Assembly (NCBI GenBank): GCA_937936355.1
Contig: CALDDM010000002.1
Coordinates: forward strand, 17,156-81,155
Reading direction: 5' to 3'
Source of the DNA: Minisyncoccota bacterium
Lineage (GTDB): Bacteria; Patescibacteriota; Minisyncoccia; Moranbacterales; GCA-2747515
Length of the DNA: 64,000 bases
Below the pieces are notes generated by a model. The model was not told the origin of the DNA and ran no database searches. It saw only the letters and a program-made list of their open reading frames with translations. A program made the position numbers and the translations under genes. This document shows, piece after piece, positions 9,103 through 16,918 of the stretch. How positions within the stretch are numbered: position 1 is the first letter of the stretch; each line of letters starts with the position of its first letter.

Positions 9103-10689
9103 CTATGCCTTGCCTCCGTCGAGCTCATCCTGCAACTCCTTGAGCTCATCCCACTTACCAGCGGTGGCTAGCCCTGCTTGCTGCGGCCATGTGGTTGGGT
9201 CATGTGAGCCGCGCACTGATGCAATTTTTTCGCTCACATCTTTGGCATCTGCTTTGGCAAGATCTGCAAAAGTGATAATACCCTCTTGGACGAGTGTCTG
9301 CGCTATTTTTGGTCCGATGCCCTCAATCTTTGTCAGATCATCGGCGTCTGAGCTGTCTGATTTTACAACTTCCTTTTCCTCCTCTGCATCTGCAGCAACG
9401 TCTTTGCTTTCTTCTTTTTTATCAGTATCATCGCTTTTTGCATCGGTCGTAGCTTTGGCTACCTTGTCCTTAGCCTCTTTCTCAGCAAGTGACTGCTCAG
9501 ATTCGACGTCGAGATTCCAGCCTGTCAATTTCACAGCAAGACGTACATTCTGACCGTGCTTTCCAATTGCTAGCGATAGCTGATCATCTGGGACCATGAC
9601 GCGAGCATGTTTTGTTTCCTCATCAATCTCTACAGAAAGCACATTAGCTGGTGAAAGTGCCGCAGCGATGAAGTCTTCTGTTTTTTCGTTCCACTCTATA
9701 ATGTCTATTTTCTCGCCACCAAGAGCGTCTATGACAGTATTGACACGCATTCCTTTTTGACCGACACATGACCCGACCGGATCGATGTCCTCATCATCTG
9801 TCCATACTGCAATCTTTGATCGTGATCCTGCTTCTCGCGCTACCGCTTTGAGTTCTACGACACCAGAGTAGATTTCTGGCACCTCCATCTCAAACAGACT
9901 TCTCACCATTTCGGCATGTGTGCGTGATAACTTGATACCAGGACCTCGCGTGTCGAGCTCTACGCTCTCAATGTAGACTTTTACGCGCTGTCCAACACTA
10001 TAGTGCTCACCTCGTACCTGTTCGCGTGGAAAAAGCACTGCAACTGACTTTCCTAAGTCGACGAATACTGTGCGACCTTCAATGCGCTGCACAGTTCCAT
10101 TTACGATCTCACCCTCTTTTTCTTTGTACTCTTTGTACATCGCGTCTCGCTCAACCTCGCGTATTCTTTGGATGATTACCTGCTTTGCAGTCTGCGCTGC
10201 TACACGTCCAAATTCTGTCTCGGTTGGGAGTGTTTCTTCGATCGTATCTCCAATTGCAATGTCTTTGTCACGTTTTTTGGCTTCTTCGATCAGTATGTCC
10301 CTCTCTTCATTGTAGCGCTGCTTTTTTTCCTCTTCATCCTCATCACTACCTTCTTGCGCACCCTTTTCTAGACTCACGTTTTTTTCCGCTGTTTTGTGGT
10401 CGTCTTTTTTGACGTCGCTGTCTGTCTCTTCGTCTTCCTCAGACTCCTCTATAAATTCACGCGTTGTCTCGTCGACTACTTCTTTTACAAGGAAAAACTT
10501 CATTTCTCCTGAGATCGCATCCATCTCTGCTCGAATGTTTTGACCGCGTTTTCCGTACTCCTTTTTGTATGCAGCTGCGATTGCTGCCTCGACAGTTGAA
10601 TGAACTTGCTCCTTATCAATTCCTTTTTCTTCTGCAAGCGCTCCAATTGCGCCTGTGAAATCACCCATACTGATTTTTTCTTCAGACAT
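9103..10689 (-). CDS. nusA: Transcription factor NusA with C-terminal HhH domain
   Basis: FGRVAAQTAKQVIIQRIRE, S1 and KH domains (AREAGSRSKIAV, LAIGKHGQNVRLA); C-terminal DDLTKIEGIGPKI. Confidence 0.95.
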   Translation of the reverse strand: MSEEKISMGDFTGAIGALAEEKGIDKEQVHSTVEAAIAAAYKKEYGKRGQNIRAEMDAISGEMKFFLVKEVVDETTREFIEESEEDEETDSDVKKDDHKTAEKNVSLEKGAQEGSDEDEEEKKQRYNEERDILIEEAKKRDKDIAIGDTIEETLPTETEFGRVAAQTAKQVIIQRIREVERDAMYKEYKEKEGEIVNGTVQRIEGRTVFVDLGKSVAVLFPREQVRGEHYSVGQRVKVYIESVELDTRGPGIKLSRTHAEMVRSLFEMEVPEIYSGVVELKAVAREAGSRSKIAVWTDDEDIDPVGSCVGQKGMRVNTVIDALGGEKIDIIEWNEKTEDFIAAALSPANVLSVEIDEETKHARVMVPDDQLSLAIGKHGQNVRLAVKLTGWNLDVESEQSLAEKEAKDKVAKATTDAKSDDTDKKEESKDVAADAEEEKEVVKSDSSDADDLTKIEGIGPKIAQTLVQEGIITFADLAKADAKDVSEKIASVRGSHDPTTWPQQAGLATAGKWDELKELQDELDGGKA

Positions 10690-10889
10690 AGTATCTATTA
10701 CTAAGATTAATTACGATTCATTATTTTGCACTGCTCTATTGCCGGTCAATGTTCGTTAACAACGATTGGTAAAAAAAATTCGCGCTTCTGGAAGAAACAG
10801 CGAACACACAGAAAACTCTGATACGTCAATCATACTCCCCATGCCCTTCACTGTCAAATTGCGGATTTATCATCTCCGCATCCTTGGTA

Positions 10890-10918
10890 TTGACAATTTT
10901 TGTTATTTAGTGTATATT
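10890..10918 (+). promoter_or_regulatory. Sigma70 promoter
   Basis: TTGACA-17 bp-TATATT upstream of ORF 10968. Confidence 0.55.
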
Positions 10919-10967
10919 ATCCTTACATGTATTTTCACATGTGACTCGTCCAGGAGGACATTTAATA

Positions 10968-11294
10968 ATGACAAACAACGAGCTTAGATTAGCCCATCTT
11001 GCAAATGCCTTACCAAAGCATTTGCAGACTACGCTAAACCACATTATCGCCGACGAAAAAACGCCCTCAGACCGTGATCTCGCCAACCTATGCGACCGGT
11101 CGCACGAGACGATTCCACGCCACCGAAAACTAATCGCTGATAAAGTCAATAAATTGACCGAGACTGAAGATTACACATCCGGTAACGTTGTCAAAAAACT
11201 CCGCGAAATGTTTCCAAAGGTTTCCACTTCGGGATCGTTACCGGCAACTAGTGCCAACAACGATGCGCAAACAGGCGCGACAAACGTCGCTTAG
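10968..11294 (+). CDS. Hypothetical protein, possible HTH
   Basis: AGGAGG SD, own promoter and terminator; SDRDLANLCDRSHETIPRHRKLI is HTH-like. Confidence 0.6.
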   Translation: MTNNELRLAHLANALPKHLQTTLNHIIADEKTPSDRDLANLCDRSHETIPRHRKLIADKVNKLTETEDYTSGNVVKKLREMFPKVSTSGSLPATSANNDAQTGATNVA

Positions 11295-11442
11295 CGTAAC
11301 TGTTACAACTACAATCAGCTGCATGACAGAATCGTCATGCAGCACCTACAAAAGATCATCACGCCTGTGGTGTTTTTTTGTTTGTGGGCTTGTACGCCCA
11401 ATTTAAAAGCCAGCCTTGCAATGCAAGACTGACTTATTACTC

Positions 11443-11949
11443 TCAGCTACCAAGCCATAGGACGGCACAGTAAGCTGCGATTCCCAGAGCTATAACGATC
11501 ATAGCCCATTTACCTCTCTTTTTCTTTTTTTCGACTACTTTTATTGTCGTAATCCACAGACGACGGTAGTCACTATCCTCTTGTGCATGCATTATGATGT
11601 CAATTTCATCTCCCGCATATTTTCCCAGAGAATCTGCCATCGTCCTTTGCTCCTCCGAGAAGATCACACAAAACACAGTGTCTTCCAATGACTGTCGATG
11701 CTCTTTTATAAAATCGTGAACTCGATGCGCTGTCAATTCGTCGTTTTCTAGATCAACTGCAATGAGTGCTGTTTCGTCTGCAAGCTCCTTCTCAAAGCCT
11801 GCCTGAAGCGTTCCCCGAAGTACTGCATGCATTACAGCGAAGTTTTCGTAATGGTCAACGTGCCCCCAGGCGCTGAACATTGTTTCTATCCGCCTTTTAA
11901 CAACTTCGTTGCTTGTTACTGCTATGAAACGTACCAACTCTGACTTCAT
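11443..11949 (-). CDS. Hypothetical protein with C-terminal membrane anchor
   Basis: AAGGAG SD; alpha/beta body, Lys-rich stretch, then a terminal TM helix. Confidence 0.65.
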   Translation of the reverse strand: MKSELVRFIAVTSNEVVKRRIETMFSAWGHVDHYENFAVMHAVLRGTLQAGFEKELADETALIAVDLENDELTAHRVHDFIKEHRQSLEDTVFCVIFSEEQRTMADSLGKYAGDEIDIIMHAQEDSDYRRLWITTIKVVEKKKKRGKWAMIVIALGIAAYCAVLWLGS

Positions 11950-12094
11950 TTTACATTCTCCTTTCTCTACTGTTTTTTATATTATAGCATATATTTAATA
12001 TTTTGTAAATATCTTAGTGTCCATGTATTTTGCGTCTTAATTCTTGACAAATTTACTCATTATAGTATTATTGGATATGAACAAGGAGAAAAGC

Positions 12095-12265
12095 ATGAAC
12101 CAAAGAGTATATAGTCAAGTTTTTGATCGTATCGTCGCCTTCCAAAGGCAAGAGCAGCCGCGAGAAAGCGTAAAGCGCTTTGCACGAAGAATGCGCCTCA
12201 AATGGCTGTACCTCACTGGAGGCTTCACGATTGCAAACATCGATGCAATCGCAGCCAAAAACTAA
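12095..12265 (+). CDS. Small hypothetical protein (56 aa)
   Basis: TTGACA at 12044, AAGGAG SD before ATG 12095, terminator accgcgtac-ttc-gtacgcggtttttt at 12293-12318. Confidence 0.55.
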   Translation: MNQRVYSQVFDRIVAFQRQEQPRESVKRFARRMRLKWLYLTGGFTIANIDAIAAKN

Positions 12266-12463
12266 GTCACCATCGCGTGACTCCGACCAACGACCGCGTA
12301 CTTCGTACGCGGTTTTTTAATTGTTCAATTTGATCAATTCGTTAAGTTTATCCCTATTTCTTGAGATTATTGCAACCCTTTTATCATAGGTCAAAACTGT
12401 CTATCGCTTAGAAATAGTGCATTGGATATTTGTGCTTATACTGTACTCATAAGCTACCCCAAA

Positions 12464-12823
12464 CTACTTCCGAAGTATTTTTTCCATATCCTTACCTGCA
12501 GCTATTTCGTCTACAAGCTTATCCAAGTATCGTAATTCCTGCATCCTTCCTTTTTTCATATCTTCAACTTTTATCCCACAAATCCTTCCTGTAATTTTCT
12601 TCCTCAGTGGGTTCAGGTTTGGAGCATTATCGATAAATTCTTGTAGGGTTGCGTCACTTTTTAACATACTCTTTAACTCCTTCTTCCCGTATCCTGTCAG
12701 CCAAAGAGTTGCTGTTTCGACATCTTCTTTTTTCTGTCTCTTCCTCTCGACTTTTTCTGTGTAGCACGGATAAATGTCTTTAAATTTTTTTTCAAATATT
12801 GGATGGTTATTGCTTACGTTCAT
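12464..12823 (-). CDS. DUF2200 family protein (distal end of cassette array)
   Basis: FKDIYPCYTEKVERK, WLTGY, LNPLRKKITGRICGIKVE, LRYLDKLVDEIAAGK match the DUF2200 pattern as recalled. Confidence 0.8.
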   Translation of the reverse strand: MNVSNNHPIFEKKFKDIYPCYTEKVERKRQKKEDVETATLWLTGYGKKELKSMLKSDATLQEFIDNAPNLNPLRKKITGRICGIKVEDMKKGRMQELRYLDKLVDEIAAGKDMEKILRK

Positions 12824-13060
12824 AGTTGTATATGATTCTTTGACCAATTCTGACTGGTGTTATTATTTTAAATCGCATTCGCTTCACCAAGGATAGCATA
12901 TGTCGTGCTTACATTGTTCTAGAAATGATGCTTGCAGATTAGGACTTTAAGCTGAAAAACATCCCCGCAATAAGGGATGTTTAAAAATTTTTGTTGATCT
13001 TGGTAGTTGAAACGTAGATTTATAGCTTTGAAAAAATGAGCATAAATACTAAGTAGATTT

Positions 13061-13417
13061 CTATATGCAGTCTGCCACAGGGTGACATGCACCCTCACCT
13101 CTTATAATTTCTACCCAACATTCGCACTCTTCTTTTGGCAGAAGACTTGCTTCTTGCCTCTCAGCTTGAGATGGTGCAGGTGGAAAATGCTCTTGGTAGT
13201 CTTCTGTTACCTCAACAGGCAACATGTTATCCTCTACAGTGTCAGTGATTTCTTCATCTGTGTTTAGAACACCTCTTTCAGTAGAGCTTTTTATTTGTAC
13301 AGTAGGCATTACTTGTTCTTCTGCGGCGTAGCTGTTAAAGACAAAGGCCATACCAATACATGCCGCTACAAGGGCTAAGATTGCTATGGCAAAGTTTGAA
13401 TCAATGTTGTTTTTCAT
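13061..13417 (-). CDS. Cassette membrane/secreted protein with MKNNIDSNFAIAILALVAAC leader
   Basis: Conserved hydrophobic leader; Cys-rich C-terminus. Confidence 0.75.
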   Translation of the reverse strand: MKNNIDSNFAIAILALVAACIGMAFVFNSYAAEEQVMPTVQIKSSTERGVLNTDEEITDTVEDNMLPVEVTEDYQEHFPPAPSQAERQEASLLPKEECECWVEIIRGEGACHPVADCI

Positions 13418-13440
13418 TTTTTCTTTTTGTATTTATATTC

Positions 13441-13540
13441 TTATTTTATCATGACTTTTCAATTCTCCTCACTGGTCACCGATTTTTACAAAACAAAAAC
13501 CGCTTTGTAGAGCGATTCTTGTAGTGCGATTATGATGAGC
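13441..13540 (-). repeat. Cassette terminator/promoter unit, copy 1
   Basis: About 100-bp unit also at 14284-14383, 15205-15288 and 16600-16698; hairpin AATCGCTCTACAAAGCGGTT plus U-tract, then ATGATAAAAT -10-like element. Confidence 0.85.
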
Positions 13541-13564
13541 CAGACAGTGGATGACGTTAGAACT
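13537..13564. repeat. 28-bp cassette boundary site, copy 1
   Basis: gagccagacagtggatgacgttagaact. Confidence 0.9.
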
Positions 13565-13638
13565 ATGCTACACAGTACCTGAGCTAAATAATTACAATTT
13601 CTAAGTATTTTGACTGACACTAGTTTGAATATACTCCT

Positions 13639-14262
13639 TTACTTACGCTGAATGGTTTCAGCAATTTTCTCAGCTTCATCCAAATATATGCCACCCGCGT
13701 ATAGCTCCACTTCAGCAATTCTTTCGCCTTCTCTAATTGCAATGAAGACATTCGACTGACCTCCAATTTCCAAATCTCGTTGCTCACGTAGCATATAAAC
13801 ATCTCCATTTCCATGTATTGGAATCCCTACTGGGCCATCAAGCTCTCTAATGATAAGTGGTGGAAATGAATCTGCATCAGTTTTTTCCAGTGAAAACTCT
13901 CTTGAAGTGCCGTAGTATTTCACGTCCCACCCTTTTGGAATAGTAAAGGAAAAATCCACATCTTCTGTAGTGTAGGCGATACGTTCTGTCGTTGAATTTA
14001 TGACTTGACCAGTAAGAACGATTCCTTTGCTTTGATTTTGATTCACCTCCCCAGCAAACACTGCTTTTTCCACTAGCCCCAAATTATTTTGCGTAGCGTC
14101 ACTTTCATCGATAGGGCGCTCTCTTTCGTATGCTTCTGTAGATGTGTTTTGTGATATATCCTCATCACCAGCAAAGTCGTATAGTACGAATGACAATCCC
14201 ACACAAGCAGCCACAAGTGCAAGGATTGCGATTGCGAAGTTTGAGTCAATATTATTTTTCAT
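13639..14262 (-). CDS. Cassette membrane/secreted protein with MKNNIDSNFAIAILALVAAC leader
   Basis: Same leader as 13061-13417 with an unrelated body (FSFTIPKGW). Confidence 0.8.
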   Translation of the reverse strand: MKNNIDSNFAIAILALVAACVGLSFVLYDFAGDEDISQNTSTEAYERERPIDESDATQNNLGLVEKAVFAGEVNQNQSKGIVLTGQVINSTTERIAYTTEDVDFSFTIPKGWDVKYYGTSREFSLEKTDADSFPPLIIRELDGPVGIPIHGNGDVYMLREQRDLEIGGQSNVFIAIREGERIAEVELYAGGIYLDEAEKIAETIQRK

Positions 14263-14283
14263 TTTTTTTTGTTTTTATACTTC

Positions 14284-14383
14284 TTACTTTATCATACTAT
14301 TCCGATTCTCCTCACTAGTCACCCATTTTGATAATACAAAAACCGCTCTGTAGAGCGATTCTTGTAGTGTGATTATGATGAGC
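14284..14383 (-). repeat. Cassette terminator/promoter unit, copy 2
   Basis: Near-identical to 13441-13540. Confidence 0.85.
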
Positions 14384-14407
14384 CAGACAGTACATGACGT
14401 TATAACT
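14380..14407. repeat. 28-bp cassette boundary site, copy 2
   Basis: gagccagacagtacatgacgttataact, 3 bp from the TAG stop of ORF 14411. Confidence 0.9.
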
Positions 14408-14410
14408 ATT

Positions 14411-14695
14411 CTAATAGCATGACGGGTCTATAAATATACAATCGAAGAGTGTATATACAGGAAGAAAGGGCGGTACAAGGGTGGCAACTGTTGCCAGTAG
14501 CAATCCAATATCAGTCTTATTGTCATAGATATTCTTTTGCAAATAGATTGCACCTCGCCAGCTGAGGAGCAGAAGAGTTGGAAGGTAGTATAACCAAGAC
14601 AAGTGCCCAGATTCCCTAATTGCATCAACCTTAAATACGAGAAAGAAAACTATTCCAACGATTAATGGTGCGACTACCTTAAAGGCATTTTTCAT
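14411..14695 (-). CDS. Cassette small integral membrane protein (about 3 TM)
   Basis: Three hydrophobic segments; fills the 416-bp cassette. Confidence 0.7.
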   Translation of the reverse strand: MKNAFKVVAPLIVGIVFFLVFKVDAIRESGHLSWLYYLPTLLLLSWRGAIYLQKNIYDNKTDIGLLLATVATLVPPFLPVYTLFDCIFIDPSCY

Positions 14696-14795
14696 CACGT
14701 ATATATCCCATATTTAATTGATTCAATTTTATCATAGTTCTGACCCGCACCTTCGGGTAGCAAAAAACACTCCATAAACACAGTGTTTTTATCAT

Positions 14796-14823
14796 GAGCC
14801 AGACAGTACATGACGTTAGAACT
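14796..14823. repeat. 28-bp cassette boundary site, copy 3
   Basis: gagccagacagtacatgacgttagaact. Confidence 0.9.
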
Positions 14824-14892
14824 GAATTAAGTAGGGGGTGCACATAAAAGAAAGAGCTGTCCAAGGAGAGCTCTCCCTGAACAGCTTACGAG

Positions 14893-15138
14893 CTAGCTCA
14901 TTAATGTCATATTTGTATAATGAGTCGTATTAATCTTTTTTGTTCCCCAATGACTGAATTTACAAAATCCTGTTTCTTGTGAGCAACTTATCAATGTGCC
15001 CCCAACTGTATGGGAAACTTTAATTGATTTTCCATACCAAGTCTGCACTTCAGCGTATGTAGCATCACTCATGCCGTCATGAGCAAACAAGTTCGCTGAG
15101 ATAAAAATCAAAGTAACCAATACAACAGCTCTTTTCAT
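14893..15138 (-). CDS. Cassette small secreted protein
   Basis: Signal peptide MKRAVVLVTLIFISANLFA; GGAG SD; TTGACA-17-TATTAT promoter at about 15172-15200. Confidence 0.7.
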   Translation of the reverse strand: MKRAVVLVTLIFISANLFAHDGMSDATYAEVQTWYGKSIKVSHTVGGTLISCSQETGFCKFSHWGTKKINTTHYTNMTLMS

Positions 15139-15204
15139 GACTTTCTCCACTTTGGCTTTGTGTACTTTTCTATAATAATACAAAAAGTCATTAATGTCAA
15201 TCTA

Positions 15205-15288
15205 TTTCGATTCTCCTCACTGGTCACCGATTTTTACAAAACAAAAACCGCTTTGTAGAGCGATTCTTGTAGTGTATTTATGATGAGC
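15205..15288 (-). repeat. Cassette terminator/promoter unit, copy 3 (shortened)
   Basis: ttctcctcactggtcaccgatttttacaaaacaaaaaccgctttgtagagcgattcttgtagtg is identical to copy 1. Confidence 0.85.
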
Positions 15289-15312
15289 CAGATAGTACAT
15301 GACGTTAGAACT
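15285..15312. repeat. 28-bp cassette boundary site, copy 4
   Basis: gagccagatagtacatgacgttagaact. Confidence 0.9.
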
Positions 15313-15321
15313 ATTCTTGCT

Positions 15322-15606
15322 TTAAGCCCTTGAGAATGTGATATGTTGATGCTCACCTAATATCTCTAGTACAACATCCAGAAATTCTTTGCCCAGTGCC
15401 TGATTTGCTTTCTCAAAATTTACCCAATCAATCTCAATCTCCTCTTCGTATTCGTGAATACCAAAACCGCCACGTAATATGTCATTGAAAGCATCTAAGT
15501 TATGCCCAGTCTTCCAATCGAGGTCTTTTGTCAGCACTCGGTCAATCTCATCATAAAATGACTCTTTGTCCAAGATATTGTTCCCGTCTATTTTTATCTT
15601 TTTCAT
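15322..15606 (-). CDS. Barstar-family protein (cassette)
   Basis: IKIDGNNI, SFYDEI, GHNLDAFNDILRGGFG, IDWVN barstar pattern. Confidence 0.85.
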   Translation of the reverse strand: MKKIKIDGNNILDKESFYDEIDRVLTKDLDWKTGHNLDAFNDILRGGFGIHEYEEEIEIDWVNFEKANQALGKEFLDVVLEILGEHQHITFSRA

Positions 15607-15708
15607 ACGTCTATACTACCATAGTTCTAACATCGTCCACTCACCAGGCTTAGGTTAGAACCAAAAACATGACTACTAGCGTGATGTTTTAAGGTGCACT
15701 TTTTTTGT

Positions 15709-15736
15709 GAGCCAGACAGTACATGACGTTAGAACT
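15709..15736. repeat. 28-bp cassette boundary site, copy 5
   Basis: gagccagacagtacatgacgttagaact. Confidence 0.9.
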
Positions 15737-15765
15737 ATTTTTGAAGCTTCGAGTGAAGTCGGCGC

Positions 15766-16575
15766 CTAAAAATTAGGCATCTGTGTAATCTTGTCCTCAA
15801 GGAGTCTGTTTGCTATATCCCTATCAATGAGTGTCACATCTTTTGATTTCATAGACACACCAAAGGTTGCTCTCTCATTAATGTATGCTTTTGTATATTC
15901 GGTAATACCATCATCCTCAAATTTACAAGTAACGCTTTTGTATAAAAAACCTTTTTCGTGTGTACTAAGCTCAGTAATATTACACACATCTTCCAAATAC
16001 GAGCATTCTTGTTCAGTTTTTTTATCAATACGCTGACAATGGTCATAGTGCCTCTTCGCCCATTGCTCAGCAGCCTCGTTGATAATGGCACTTACATCAT
16101 TGTTCCGCAATAATTCTGGTGATGGGTCATGAGGGCCAGAAGATATCGTCATAGTTACCTCTCCATCAAGCAACGTACCCCACTCTTTTTCTTGATTGAT
16201 ATTTGTTACATATCCACCCAAATTTGACCCACCATCTTCGACAAAGTACCAATCGCTAGGAATAGAAATATTTGAGCCATTTCTTGTTGTTATATTCTTG
16301 TAATCAATACTTTTATCAATTTGCGTTTCCTCAGTCTGATTTAGCAGCTCATTCTTATCAACACGGATAAGTATTTTGCTGTCTTGCACATCTTCTGGAA
16401 TTATTGCACTCAGACTACTTGCATCATTCGGCTGTTTCTTTTGTATATCAATGACAGGTTGTTGCGTAAGATTTTCGCTAAGCGAATTCATGTTAAACCA
16501 AAAAGCAAACCCTATACATGCCGCTACAAGGGCTAGGATTGCAATAGCAAAGTTTGAGTCGATATGATTTTTTAT
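15766..16575 (-). CDS. tRNA-proximal cassette protein; shared leader present but the start codon reads ATA
   Basis: Open frame extends 28 codons upstream of track start 16491: (ATA)KNHIDSNFAIAILALVAACIGFAFWFN. Confidence 0.7.
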   Translation of the reverse strand: MKNHIDSNFAIAILALVAACIGFAFWFNMNSLSENLTQQPVIDIQKKQPNDASSLSAIIPEDVQDSKILIRVDKNELLNQTEETQIDKSIDYKNITTRNGSNISIPSDWYFVEDGGSNLGGYVTNINQEKEWGTLLDGEVTMTISSGPHDPSPELLRNNDVSAIINEAAEQWAKRHYDHCQRIDKKTEQECSYLEDVCNITELSTHEKGFLYKSVTCKFEDDGITEYTKAYINERATFGVSMKSKDVTLIDRDIANRLLEDKITQMPNF

Positions 16576-16599
16576 TTTTTCATTTTGTTTTTATTATTC

Positions 16600-16698
16600 T
16601 TATTTTATCATACTATTTTGACTCTCCTCACTAATCATCTCTTTTGCAAAACAAAAACCGCTCTGTTGAGCGATTCTTGTAGTGTATTTATGATGAGC
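16600..16698 (-). repeat. Cassette terminator/promoter unit, copy 4, fused to the tRNA-Gly 3' end
   Basis: aaaaaccgctctgttgagcgattcttgtagtgtatttatgatgagc continues directly into the tRNA acceptor stem. Confidence 0.85.
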
Positions 16699-16767
16699 AA
16701 GTGAGCGGAATCGAACCGCCATCTCTACCTTGGCAAGGTGGTGTAATAACCATTATACGACACCTGC
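16696..16767 (-). tRNA. tRNA-Gly(GCC)
   Basis: GCAGGTG/CACTTGC acceptor stem, anticodon loop TTGCCAA, GGTTCGATTCC T arm, U discriminator. Confidence 0.93.
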
Positions 16768-16789
16768 TTGTGTCTTTAATCTTCTTTTT

Positions 16790-16918
16790 CTGTGGGACCG
16801 GCAGGATTTTCACGTCATTTCATTCCTGCGAAACCCACGGTTTCGCAAACTTCCTCCTGCGGGAAACTTTCGTTTCCCGACCCCTTTTCATTCAAATCCT
16901 GTGGGACCGGCAGGATTT
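16790..16918 (-). mobile_element. 109-bp structured mini-element with 20-bp duplication of the tRNA-Ile2 3' end
   Basis: ctgtgggaccggcaggattt at 16790-16809 and 16899-16918; hairpins at 16827-16847 and 16860-16879. Confidence 0.7.

Larger units (their letters stand above)
13037..16698 (-). mobile_element. tRNA-Gly-anchored tandem gene-cassette array (integron-like)
   Basis: Six co-oriented small genes separated by five copies of a 28-bp site; TGAGC core at 13536, 14379, 14795, 15284, 15708 and at the tRNA end (16694). Confidence 0.7.

Noticed and set aside
13537-15736. 28-bp direct repeats as a CRISPR array
   Set aside because: The intervening segments are 390-960 bp and each holds a whole gene; no cas genes in the window.
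13061-16575. Diversity-generating retroelement behind the shared-leader proteins
   Set aside because: No reverse transcriptase and no TR/VR pair with adenine-specific differences; the bodies appear non-homologous.
13037-16767. Classical integron or CALIN
   Set aside because: No IntI; ends read GTTCTAAC/GTTAGAAC rather than strict RYYYAAC/GTTRRRY; cassettes carry their own promoters; the array is fused to a tRNA end. Kept as integron-like only.
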